This document shows, in pieces, positions 30,401 to 38,574 of a DNA stretch of 64,000 bases (within the stretch, counting starts at the first letter, position 1; the number at the start of each line of letters is the position of its first letter). Both the position numbers and the translations under genes were made by a program. The stretch is from an uncultured Planctomycetota bacterium (GTDB lineage: Bacteria; Planctomycetota; PLA2; JAEUHO01). The notes beneath the pieces were generated by a model. It ran no database searches and was not told where the DNA came from. It saw nothing but the letters and a program-made list of their open reading frames with translations. The stretch is taken from the NCBI GenBank assembly GCA_963752285.1, contig CAVVXN010000003.1:160001-224000 (forward strand), read 5' to 3'.

Positions 30401-30736
30401 GGCATCCTCGGCGAGGATCTCGAGGTCGTCGGAGCCGTCGGGAAGCGGCGCGGGAACGAGCCGAAGCTGTCGTCGGTCTCCCTCCCACGCAAGCGCCCAC
30501 AGGTGCTTGCAGGCCCCGTACCCCTCGAACGCCGGACACGAGCAGCTTCCCCACAGCGCGGTGTCCTCGTCCACGAGCAGGCGGGTGTCGTATCGGCGGG
30601 TCCCGCCGACCTCGGCCTCGACGGCGTTCGGCACGGGGAGGCGGACCCGTTTCACGCGGCCTGCCAGGGCGAGGTCCAGCCCTCGCGCCCGGACGGCCCG
30701 GGGAACGGCGGGTTCGAGGAGCGCGCAGAGTCCCAT
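27455..30736 (-). CDS. SNF2-family helicase with N-terminal SWIM zinc finger
   Basis: SWIM motif CSC..CKH; LRPYQ, LADDMGLGKT, DEAQ, SGTPIEN, LRRTK, DPWWNP and QAVDRAHRIGQ. Confidence 0.92.
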   Translation of the reverse strand: MGLCALLEPAVPRAVRARGLDLALAGRVKRVRLPVPNAVEAEVGGTRRYDTRLLVDEDTALWGSCSCPAFEGYGACKHLWALAWEGDRRQLRLVPAPLPDGSDDLEILAEDAVDDDETDRAHLDLARLATEVRPARVPDFRARLDGLVARAAPERQAFAGLEEPNDRVLYAIDVESARRHGRFRLDVLWQTRLARGGWSVARPLDAARTALRWDPAPEDRVALALLEPTADAWRNPWARPGPAVVSRALAETALLDHLPALCRAGQLTVRASADHAPSEPLELDEGPPWRLCLRLTGGRDGKRVVVEGVLVRDGERRALAEPDILLERGLLVLDGRLAGFDHGGAMPWVTALRLHGPLDGPARARDEVIGLLLALPGPPLLEIERLPRPRAVAPVPRLHVEGPDRTGGRLRELPCRIHFVYDGASVGAAEARALLLDPDGNPVRRDPELERRALGRFLEAGGRAAAPGNTRFDGHVPTKSLPEIVRTLLGEGWQVEADGRRYRAPGAFHLSVRSGVDWFDLEGIMDFDGEPVPLPSLLEAARAADGVVRLGDGSLGLLPERWLESWGLALALATEEGAGLRFRSSQAWLLDALLADRQGVAVDRQFQRLRRRLRTFDGVHPETEPDSFEGELRPYQREGLGWLRFLERTGLGGCLADDMGLGKTVQVLALLDGKRRGGARKRRPSLVVAPRSVVHNWVEEAKRFAPHLRVLDYTGLDRREARSRIGEHHLVVTTYGTLRRDVVDLREIPFDHVVLDEAQAIKNPQSQSAKAARLLDAQHRLALSGTPIENHLGELWSLFEFLNPGMLGRARSFRSLFAAGNGRSFSPDDRTRLARAVRPFVLRRTKEQVLSDLPPKAEQVLHCELRGRERKEYERIRDHVRTTLAAKAGTAPVSQMRIHVLEALLRLRQAACHPGLLDPGRRDESSAKLDALLPHLEEIAEGTHKALVFSQFTKLLAIVRARLDERGIPYEYLDGRTRDRKAKVDHFQSDESCRVFLISLKAGGLGLNLTAADYVFLLDPWWNPAVERQAVDRAHRIGQKRPVMSYRLIARDTVEEKVLELQAEKRALADAVIGEDARALGTLTREELQALLS

Positions 30737-30873
30737 GGGCCGGGGAGGATACGGGCCCGGGTGGACGCTCCCGGCCGTGCCGACCGCGCCTACGAAACGG
30801 GGTCGGACCCTCGCGAGAGGACCCGACCCCGGGGTGGCGCGGCCTCGACGAACCGCGCGGCGTGTGCGTCGCG

Positions 30874-31473
30874 CTACATGTAGTTGATGAACCAGTGACG
30901 CGACGAGGACTCGTTCTCGGGCTCGCGGCGCCACGGCGGCACGACGCCCTCGAACATCGCGGCGACCCACGGCACCTCGACCGGCGCGAGCTTGCGGCCC
31001 GGCGTCAGGTGCATGGGACGATCGCGGATGTCGGCGAGCAGGTGGCCGAGGATGTCGAGGTGGAAGGAGTGATCGCCCGCGAGGACCTCCATGAACTTCT
31101 TGAGGAAGCGGTCCGTGACCTGGTCCGTGGCGCGACGGTGGAAGATGATCGCGCGCTCCGCCGATCGGAACGCCTCGTCGAACGCGCCGTAGAGCGCGAC
31201 GGGGTTGAGGATCGGCGGGCCCTCCGCGGCGCGCGGACGGCGCCGGCGGCCCGACTGCCGGATCAGCGACTTGCCGCCGTCCCGGTCGCGGAGGTGCCGC
31301 GAGAGGATGCGCGCGTGGTCGCGAACCTCGGCCGCGTACTCCTCGAAGAGTCGGCGGATCGGCCCGTACGTGAACGCACGTCCCACGCGGAGGTAGCGAG
31401 CCTCCACGTTCTGCTCGATCAGAATGCCGGTCTGGATGATGCGGCTGGTACGGTCCTGGGTGGGGATGATCAT
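30874..31473 (-). CDS. Ferritin/rubrerythrin-like four-helix protein (199 aa)
   Basis: CAGGAG RBS. Two helix-pair repeats: IEQNVEARY..LFEEYAAEVRDH and AERAIIFH..FMEVLAGDHSFH. Confidence 0.65.
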   Translation of the reverse strand: MIIPTQDRTSRIIQTGILIEQNVEARYLRVGRAFTYGPIRRLFEEYAAEVRDHARILSRHLRDRDGGKSLIRQSGRRRRPRAAEGPPILNPVALYGAFDEAFRSAERAIIFHRRATDQVTDRFLKKFMEVLAGDHSFHLDILGHLLADIRDRPMHLTPGRKLAPVEVPWVAAMFEGVVPPWRREPENESSSRHWFINYM

Positions 31474-31855
31474 CGTTCTCTCCTGGCGAGTCGCTCGCGC
31501 GCGAGCGACGGATTCCCCCGCTGACGATCCGACCCCGCGCACACCGTCCGCCGGCGCTGGGCCGGTGCGAGACGGCGGGACGGACGCGAAGCGTCCTCGG
31601 TGGCATTCCTCCGAATTCGTGGCCCTCGTAGCTGGTTCGGCGGGTCTTGGAAACGTGGGGAAAACGTTCGCTTGGTCCGACGAATTCCCGGGAAAACCGT
31701 GAGTAGGCGAACCATCGGGCCCAGCCGGGCCATGCAACGCGCGCATGTTAGTGCAGCCCCGGGGCCCGACGCAATAGCCCTGTGTCGAGGAAGACCGTGG
31801 AATTGTTGCCGAAACCCTAGTCTGAGGCCCCGGTTTCGGTGATTCTACACGCTTC

Positions 31856-32791
31856 ATGTGGACTGAACTCGTCCCCATTCTCGCCTGTCCGGCCTGCCGC
31901 GCGCGGCTGGAGCGGCGGGGCGACGCGTCGATCGCGTGCGTCGGCTGCGGTCGGGCGTGGCCGGTGGCGCGCGGCATCCCGCGGCTCCTGGTGCGCGAGG
32001 GGGCGGACGCGTCGATCGTGGCGCGTCGCACGGTCGCGGCGTTCGAGCGCCAGTGGCGGACGTGGGGACGGCTCCCGCACCTCTTCGGGAAGGACCGCGC
32101 GTCGATGGCCCGGAACCTGGTCGGCGCGCGGCTCAGCCGCCGCGTGGACGCGGGCTGGTATCCAGGTCGGCGGGTCCTCGACGCCGGGTGCGGGCACGGC
32201 CGCTACGTCGCCGCCTTCGCGTCGCTCGGGGCGACGGTCGTGGGGCTCGACGCCGGCCGGGGCCCCGAGGAGAGCGGGGCCCCGCTCGACGACCCGCGGA
32301 TCGCCTTCGTAGAGGGGTCGGTCCTCGCGCTCCCGTTCCAAGACGCGGTCTTCGACCTCGCCTTCTCCGACGGCGTCATCCACCACACCCCGGACCCCGC
32401 CCGCGCGTACCGGGAGCTCGCCCGGGTGGTCCGGCCCGGGGGAGCGGTCTACGTCTGGGTCTATCCCCGGGAGGGGCGTCTGCGCGAGGCGCTGTTCGGC
32501 GCGGCGCGGGCGCTCACGACCCGCCTCCCCGGGCGGCTCGTCCACGCGGCCGCCTTCTTCCTCGCGCCCCTGACCCTGGTCGTCCGCTCCTACAGCGGGA
32601 CGCGGTTCGGGCGCGCGACCTGGTCCGAGTGCGCGCAGGTCGTCCACGACTGGATCGCCCCCCCGCTCCAGAGCCACCACACCTGGGAGGAGGTCGAGGG
32701 CTGGGCCCGCTCCGCGGGGCTCCTCGAGGTGGAGCGCCTGCCGGTCCCCGTGGGCCTGACCGCCTGGAAGCCCGACCCTTTGCGCGTGTGA
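31856..32791 (+). CDS. Class I SAM-dependent methyltransferase with N-terminal Trm112-like zinc ribbon
   Basis: LACPAC..CVGC..GIPRL, then VLDAGCGHGR, LPF..FD, GVIHHTPD and VVRPGG. Confidence 0.88.
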   Translation: MWTELVPILACPACRARLERRGDASIACVGCGRAWPVARGIPRLLVREGADASIVARRTVAAFERQWRTWGRLPHLFGKDRASMARNLVGARLSRRVDAGWYPGRRVLDAGCGHGRYVAAFASLGATVVGLDAGRGPEESGAPLDDPRIAFVEGSVLALPFQDAVFDLAFSDGVIHHTPDPARAYRELARVVRPGGAVYVWVYPREGRLREALFGAARALTTRLPGRLVHAAAFFLAPLTLVVRSYSGTRFGRATWSECAQVVHDWIAPPLQSHHTWEEVEGWARSAGLLEVERLPVPVGLTAWKPDPLRV

Positions 32792-32821
32792 CCGCTCGGG
32801 CGGCTCGCGCGATGGTGGGGC

Positions 32822-34083
32822 ATGCTCGAAGAACACGCCCTCTACGCAGAGGTCCTGCTCGCCGCCGCCGCCGACGACGCACGCGCGGCGCTCCGGGGCC
32901 TGAAGGCGCTCCGGCGGCGTTACCCGCGCGCCGCCGTCTACGCCGCGATGCTCGCCGACGAACATCTCAAGCGGTCGGCGTTCGCTCCGGCCGCCCGCCT
33001 CTACCAGGAGACCCTCCGACTCCTCGACCGCCAGGGCGGCCGCCGTCCGGCGCCGTGCGGACGGCGCCTCCCGTCCGAGGCGGTCGTGAGAACGGCCCTC
33101 GCGGACGCCTTGGCCGGCGCCGGCGCCGAGGCCGCGGCACGGGCGGAGCTGCTCCGCGCCGCGGAGCTCGACCCGACGGCCGAGCGGTACGTCTCGGCGG
33201 GCCAGGCCTTCGAACGGGTGGGCCGCGTGCGCGAGGCCCGCGCGTGGTACCTCCGCGCGCTCCGGCTCGACCGGCGCGACGTGGAGGCCCAGGTCCACCT
33301 CGCGACGCTCGACCTGTGGGCGCGCCCCGCGCGCGCGGCGCGGCGCTACCGCCGTGTGCTCGTGGAGGACCCGCGCCACGGCGAGGCGCTGTGCTGCTTG
33401 GGGCTCCTCCTCCTCCAGGCGGGGTCTCTCAGCGACGCGGAGCGCCTCCTCCGGCGCGCGGCGCGGTACCGCGAAGACGCGCTGCCCCACGTGTACCTCG
33501 GCCACCTCGCCGAGGAGCGCGGTCGCCCCGACGAGGCGGTCGCCTGCTTCCTCCGTGCCGAGAAGCGGGATCCCGGGAGCGCCCACCCGCTCTACGCCCG
33601 CGGCGACCTCGAGCGGCGGCGGGGACGCTACGACGAGGCGCGGGCCGCCTACGAAGAGGCGCTCCGGCTCGAGCCGCGCTCGGGCGACGCGGCGTTCCGG
33701 ATGGGCCTGCTCTTCGAGGAGGCGTACGACGACCCCCGCGGCGCCCTGTCGTGGATCCGCCGGGGTCTGGCGGCGACGCCGCACCACCCCTGGGCCGGGT
33801 GGCTCGAGCGGGAGGTGATCCCCGAGCTCCAGGACGCCGTGCGTGGGGGGGCTCCTCGACGGGTCCGTCCGGCTCGTCGGGTCCGTCCGGCGCGTCGGGT
33901 CCGTCCGGCTCGGCGGGTCCGTCCGGACCCTCCGGCTCGTCACCGCCGGCGCCGGCGGAATCGCCAGAGCCGCCGGGCGCGGCCGGTCTTCGGCGTCCCC
34001 CCCGGACGCCGCCGGAGGCGCGGAGGGCCGCCGCGCCGCCGACCGGCGGGCCGGTTCAGGAGGAGAAGCCCGGCCCCCCGTAG
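32822..34083 (+). CDS. Tetratricopeptide repeat protein; C-terminus probably frameshifted at a G7 run
   Basis: Several TPR units (EARAWYLRALRLD, EARAAYEEALRLEP) run to about 33840. The end at 34083 assumes a frame change at 33845-33851; the literal ORF runs to 34639, antisense to the GNAT gene. Confidence 0.7.
33861..33932 (+). repeat. 4 x 18-bp tandem repeat (GGGTCCGTCCGGCTCGTC-like)
   Basis: Four adjacent units all start GGGTCCGTCCGG; they encode GPSGSS/GPSGAS/GPSGSA/GPSGPS in one frame. Confidence 0.85.
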
Positions 34084-34913
34084 GACAGCCCGGGGCCGCA
34101 GGGCCCGCCGTGGGGGTGCGCGCGGGCCGCCTCGCCGTCGGAGTCCGTCCCCCCGTCGCCGGACGACGCCGCCGGGAGGGCGGGCCCCGCGCGGAGCGCC
34201 TTCACCATCACCACGTCCAGGCACGTGGGGGCGTCGGGGTAGGAGAGCTGGCGCACGAGCCGGGTCCGGTAGCCCTTGGACTCGTACCAGGGGACGAGCC
34301 CGACCTCGCGCGTCGTCCGGAGGAGCACCGAGGCGAAGCTCTCCTCCGACGCGACGCGCTCGCCCGCGGCCAGGAGCATCCCTCCGACGCCGCCGCGGCG
34401 CCAGCGGTCGAGCACGGCGAGACCGGAGAGCTCGACGTACGGAAGACGGTCCGTGTACTCCGAGAGCTCCGTGCGCGCCGCGATCCGGAGCACCCCGACC
34501 GGTTCGCGGTCGGCCCGCGCGAGGAGGAATCGCTCCCCGCGCCGCATGGCGAGCGCCACCTCGCCGGCGCCCTCGACCTCGACCGGGAACGGCGACACGT
34601 CGGGCAGCGGCGTGTTGTTGCGAAGCGCTTCGAGGCTGATCGCGGCGACGATCGGCGCCTCGTGCTCCTGCGCCTGGCCGACGGACACGTCCGGCCGGAG
34701 CCAGCGACGTAGGTCCGCGCCGCGAAGGTCCCGTCCGAAGAGCTCCCCGGGCCTCGGCGGGATCTCCTCCACGTGCGGCAGGCCCGCGAGGTGGATCGTC
34801 CAGTCGCGGCCGGCGCGCAGGTCGCGGGCGATGGCCCGGAGCCGGCGCTCCTCGCCGCGCCACCGCTGCTCGAGGGCACGGACCTTGCCAGGGGAGGGGT
34901 GGGTGACGGACAT
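34056..34913 (-). CDS. GNAT N-acetyltransferase with N-terminal extension
   Basis: LAVLDRWRRGGVGGMLL (acetyl-CoA motif A) and LVPWYESKGY; pentapeptide-like RDLRGADLR in the N-terminus. Confidence 0.8.
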   Translation of the reverse strand: MSVTHPSPGKVRALEQRWRGEERRLRAIARDLRAGRDWTIHLAGLPHVEEIPPRPGELFGRDLRGADLRRWLRPDVSVGQAQEHEAPIVAAISLEALRNNTPLPDVSPFPVEVEGAGEVALAMRRGERFLLARADREPVGVLRIAARTELSEYTDRLPYVELSGLAVLDRWRRGGVGGMLLAAGERVASEESFASVLLRTTREVGLVPWYESKGYRTRLVRQLSYPDAPTCLDVVMVKALRAGPALPAASSGDGGTDSDGEAARAHPHGGPCGPGLSYGGPGFSS

Positions 34914-35031
34914 CGCCCCACCCGTATCGGCGGGCCTCGCTCCGGCCCTCAAGGCCCGTCGGGCGGGGGGCGTCGAGCCCGGCGGCCGGCTACCCTCGCA
35001 CCACGTCGGGGCCGGGACAGGAGCGCGTGCG

Positions 35032-36762
35032 ATGACGAGCCGAGGTCGCAAGCCGGGTGACGGGCGGGCTCGACGACCCCAGGCGCGTCCCGCCATCCCG
35101 CCCGCCCGCCGGCTCCCGCCCGAGCCCCCGTCGGGCGGGCCCCCGTACGGCCCGGCGCGCCGCGGCCGCGACTGGGGATCCGCGCTGATCGCCCTGGTCA
35201 TGGTCACGTGGGTGCTCTCGTACACCCCGCACCCGATCGCCCTCTTCGCCGTGCCCGGCATCGTCGGTTGGCTGGCCCTGGTCGAGCGCTGCCGGCTGCG
35301 CCGGATCCTCCTCTGGACCACGCTCTTCGGCGCCGTGGCGACGAGCATCGGCTACCGGTGGCTCGCGCCGACGATCCAGCTCTTCGGCGGGGTGTCGCCC
35401 GCGCTCTCGTGGGTGGCGGTGGCGCTCTTCGGCGTGTGGAACACGATCCACGGCTGGGTGTTCGCGGCCTTCTACCGCGGGATGCTCCGGCGTGGCCGGC
35501 GCCCGCACCCGTTCGTCACCGCGGCCCTCTTCGCGGGCTGCGAGGCGCTGCCCATCCGGATGTTCGGGTGGTCGAGCGGCCACGGGATGGTGGACGTGCC
35601 GCCGCTCGTGCAGTCGGCGGAGTGGGGCGGCGTGGTCGGCGTGTCGTTCGTGGTGTGCCTCCTCGTCGTCCCCGTGCACGAGTGGCTGCGGTGGGCCTTC
35701 GTCCGCCGCGGGCCGCCCGCGCGCGCGCGCGCGGCGCTCGCCACGTTCCTCCTCGGGCTCGCGTTCTTCGGCTGGGGGCTCTGGCGCTACCGCGAGGTGC
35801 ACCGGGAGGAAGCGGAGGCGTCGCGGCACCTCCGGGTCGCGATCGTGCAGGCCGACGTCGGGAGCCTCGACAAGCGCCGCGCGACCGAGGAGGGCGGCGC
35901 GTGGCGCGACGAGAGTCTCGCCGCGTACCGCGAGGCGACGATGCAGGCCGTCGCGAAGGACCCCGACGTGATCGTGTGGCCCGAGACGGCGATCACCGAC
36001 GCCGTGCCGTTCGGGGATCCCGTGCAGACGAATCGCTTCCTCGGGGGTCGCGGGTACGGGTTCCTGCTCGACGCGGCCCGTCGCGCCACGCTCCTCGTGG
36101 GCGTGTACGAGCGCGTGCTGGGGCGCGAGAGCCTCGCGACGGGCCAGCGCCTGGTCGATCGCTACAACGATGCGGGGCTGCGCGCGCCTGGAGGCGACGA
36201 CGCGCCGTGGAGCGTGTACCGGAAGGTCCACCTCATCCCGTTCGGGGAGACGATGCCGCTCGGGATCATGGAAGACCGGCTGCCGCAGAACTTCAAGATG
36301 CTCGCGGGCTCGCTTCCACAGCCCCTGCTCGAGTCGAACGGCGTCACGTACGCGCCGTTCCTCTGCTACGAGGGGATCCTCGCCGACCACGTGCGCGAGT
36401 ACGTGGCCGGCCGCCGCCCCGACGTCCTCGTGAGCCTCACGAACGACTCGTGGTTCGGCGACACGTGGGAGCCTCATCAGCACCTCGCGTTCACGCGGTT
36501 CCGCGCGGTCGAGCACCGCGCGCCGCTGGTGCGCGCGACGAACACCGGCATCAGCGCCTTCGTGGACGAGACCGGCGACGTCCAGTCCACGCTCGGCGTG
36601 GGGGCGAGCGGTTCGCTCGTCGCGGACGTGCCGCTCGTGAAGCGCGAGCCCACGGTCTACGTGCGGCTCGGATGGCGCTTCCCGTACCTGCTCTGGGGGG
36701 TCGCGCTCCTCGGATGGATCCTCGCGCAGCTCCGGCCCCCGCCGTTCGAGCGCGGCGACTGA
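35032..36762 (+). CDS. lnt: Apolipoprotein N-acyltransferase
   Basis: N-terminal TM helices; nitrilase triad motifs VWPETA, YRKVHLIPFGE and LCYEG; TNDSWFG and RATNTGIS; AGGAG RBS. Confidence 0.93.
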   Translation: MTSRGRKPGDGRARRPQARPAIPPARRLPPEPPSGGPPYGPARRGRDWGSALIALVMVTWVLSYTPHPIALFAVPGIVGWLALVERCRLRRILLWTTLFGAVATSIGYRWLAPTIQLFGGVSPALSWVAVALFGVWNTIHGWVFAAFYRGMLRRGRRPHPFVTAALFAGCEALPIRMFGWSSGHGMVDVPPLVQSAEWGGVVGVSFVVCLLVVPVHEWLRWAFVRRGPPARARAALATFLLGLAFFGWGLWRYREVHREEAEASRHLRVAIVQADVGSLDKRRATEEGGAWRDESLAAYREATMQAVAKDPDVIVWPETAITDAVPFGDPVQTNRFLGGRGYGFLLDAARRATLLVGVYERVLGRESLATGQRLVDRYNDAGLRAPGGDDAPWSVYRKVHLIPFGETMPLGIMEDRLPQNFKMLAGSLPQPLLESNGVTYAPFLCYEGILADHVREYVAGRRPDVLVSLTNDSWFGDTWEPHQHLAFTRFRAVEHRAPLVRATNTGISAFVDETGDVQSTLGVGASGSLVADVPLVKREPTVYVRLGWRFPYLLWGVALLGWILAQLRPPPFERGD

Positions 36763-36799
36763 GGTCCGTCGCCCGGGACGGCGCGCGGACGCCCGCGGC

Positions 36800-38536
36800 T
36801 CACCTGAGGCTCACGCTGATCTCGACCTCCTCCGTGTCGCCCTCCGAGAGGCGGACCGTGGTGGGCGACGCGACCAGGTCGTCGCTCGTGACCTCGATCA
36901 CGTACGTCCCGGCGGCCAGGCCGGAGAGGAGCAGGCCCTCGGGGCCCGCGGCGAGGATCGGCTGGCCCGTCGCCTCGTCCACCGAGGTGCTCGTCGCGCC
37001 GACCGGAATCGCGTGGACGACCTGCCCGCCCTGCGTCAGCTGGAACACCACGACCCGCGGCTCCGGCGCGACGAACTGGACGCGGACCTGGGCGGGCGGA
37101 CGGGTGCGGAGCGTCGTCGCGGTCTCTTCGCCCGCGAACACCGTCAGGTCGGTCTCGACGGGCGCGAACTTCGCGCTCGTGAGGCGCGCGTGGTACGCGC
37201 CCGCCGGCAGCGCGGTGACCGAGAGGTCCTCCCCGGGCTGCACGACGAACGCGGACCCGCCCGCCGTCGGTTGTCGGGTCGAGAGCTGGAGCGCCACCGC
37301 GGCCGCCGCCGCGTTCACCTTGTTCCCCGACTCGTCCTCGAACGAGATGCGGACGCTGCCCGTGCCGAGGCTGCTCCTCAGCTCGACCTCGAACGTCTTC
37401 TCGCCGCCCTCGGGCGGGGGCGAGACCACGCCGCTCTGCCACGGCGCGTACCCGTCCGCCTGCACCGTGAGCGCGAGCGGCGAGACGCCCGAGGGGAGCC
37501 GCACCGCCTCCGAGGTGATCACGCCCGCGAGATCGAGCGCGCCGCCCTCGTCCGACGAGGCCGCGCGCGGCACGAGCAGGAGCGCGTGCGTTTCCTCCGG
37601 CTTCGCCGTGCGACTCCAGACGAGCGTCGGGTGCTCGGGCCGCTTCCCGTCGTCCGTGGTGAGCCGAAAGGTCGCGCGCAGCGCAGGCACGAGCACGATC
37701 TCCATCGGGTCGGCGTTCGCGGGATCGACGGGTCCCGCCGTCGCCGGCATGTAGCGCGGGTGGTCCACGTCCACGAGGAGCGCGCCCGGCCGGAGCCCTC
37801 CGACCACGAAGTGGCCGCTCTCGTCCGTGGGCGCCGCCGGGAGCGACGTCGCGTGGCCCGGCACCTGGAGGGTGTCGGGCGCCGGCCGGACCGACACGCG
37901 GGCGTCCCGGAGCGGGCGTCGTTCGGCGGTGACGACCCGGCCCGACAGCTCCAGCCCGCGCTCGAGGCGCAGCTCGACCGGGCCGGGGCGTTCCACGCGG
38001 CAGCGCACGCCGAGCACGCGTCCCTCGGCGACCGCGAACACGTCCACCACGGCCGGCGCGTCGTGGAGCGCGTCGTGGAGCGTGAACGCGCCGCTCGCGT
38101 CCGTGTGCGCGCGTTCGGACGCGGGCGGCGGGCGACGCGCGCCCGCCTCGACCGCGCCGGTCCCCGCGTCGGCGGGGTCCACCCAGGAGAGACGGGGACA
38201 GGGGTCGGCGGCCGGCTCGAACCAGACCCACGCGCCCGCGAGGGGCTGGCCGCTCTCCGCGGCGACGACCGTCCCCCGGACCACGACGGGGGCCTCGTCT
38301 CCCGGCGTCGCGTCCGGTCCCGTTCGCGGCGTCTCGACGGCGACGTCGTCGCGGCCGGGACGCCGGGGGTCGGACCGGGACCGGGGCGCCCCCTCGAGCG
38401 CCGGGGGCGGGACGTACCCCTCCTCCGGCCGGTCGAGCGCGCCGCCGACCCCCGTTCCGCCGCCGCCCCGCGTCACGAGGAGCACGATCGCGAGCGCCGC
38501 GAGGAGGACCACCGCGAGGGGCAGGGCGCGCCGCAC
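36800..38536 (-). CDS. Exported protein with carboxypeptidase-regulatory-like (beta-sandwich) repeats
   Basis: N-terminal anchor; repeated GTVV..GQPLAGA..TDASGAF and SGRVV..PLRDARV..TDESGHF modules. Confidence 0.75.
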   Translation of the reverse strand: MRRALPLAVVLLAALAIVLLVTRGGGGTGVGGALDRPEEGYVPPPALEGAPRSRSDPRRPGRDDVAVETPRTGPDATPGDEAPVVVRGTVVAAESGQPLAGAWVWFEPAADPCPRLSWVDPADAGTGAVEAGARRPPPASERAHTDASGAFTLHDALHDAPAVVDVFAVAEGRVLGVRCRVERPGPVELRLERGLELSGRVVTAERRPLRDARVSVRPAPDTLQVPGHATSLPAAPTDESGHFVVGGLRPGALLVDVDHPRYMPATAGPVDPANADPMEIVLVPALRATFRLTTDDGKRPEHPTLVWSRTAKPEETHALLLVPRAASSDEGGALDLAGVITSEAVRLPSGVSPLALTVQADGYAPWQSGVVSPPPEGGEKTFEVELRSSLGTGSVRISFEDESGNKVNAAAAAVALQLSTRQPTAGGSAFVVQPGEDLSVTALPAGAYHARLTSAKFAPVETDLTVFAGEETATTLRTRPPAQVRVQFVAPEPRVVVFQLTQGGQVVHAIPVGATSTSVDEATGQPILAAGPEGLLLSGLAAGTYVIEVTSDDLVASPTTVRLSEGDTEEVEISVSLR

Positions 38537-38574
38537 GCCCCGAGGCTACTCCCGTGCCCCTCCCCGCGCCGGGT

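Noticed and set aside
27455..30736. SNF2 helicase as part of an antiphage defence system
   Set aside because: No adjacent methylase, nuclease or other defence partners; standalone SWIM-SNF2 genes are common.
30737..31606. N-terminal extension of the SNF2 helicase to 31606
   Set aside because: It overlaps the ferritin-like gene on the same strand in another frame and is low-complexity; ATG 30736 fits the SWIM-SNF2 architecture.
31760..31832. c-di-GMP-I riboswitch-like GACGCAA..AGCC
   Set aside because: The upstream GGCAAACC..GAAA hairpin is missing.
31600..31855. Sigma-54 promoter or mobile-element scar in the low-GC region
   Set aside because: No correctly spaced GG-N10-GC consensus with TGGC/TTGC, and no terminal repeats or transposase.
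33861..33932. CRISPR array
   Set aside because: Contiguous 18-bp units without spacers and no cas genes; it is a coding VNTR.
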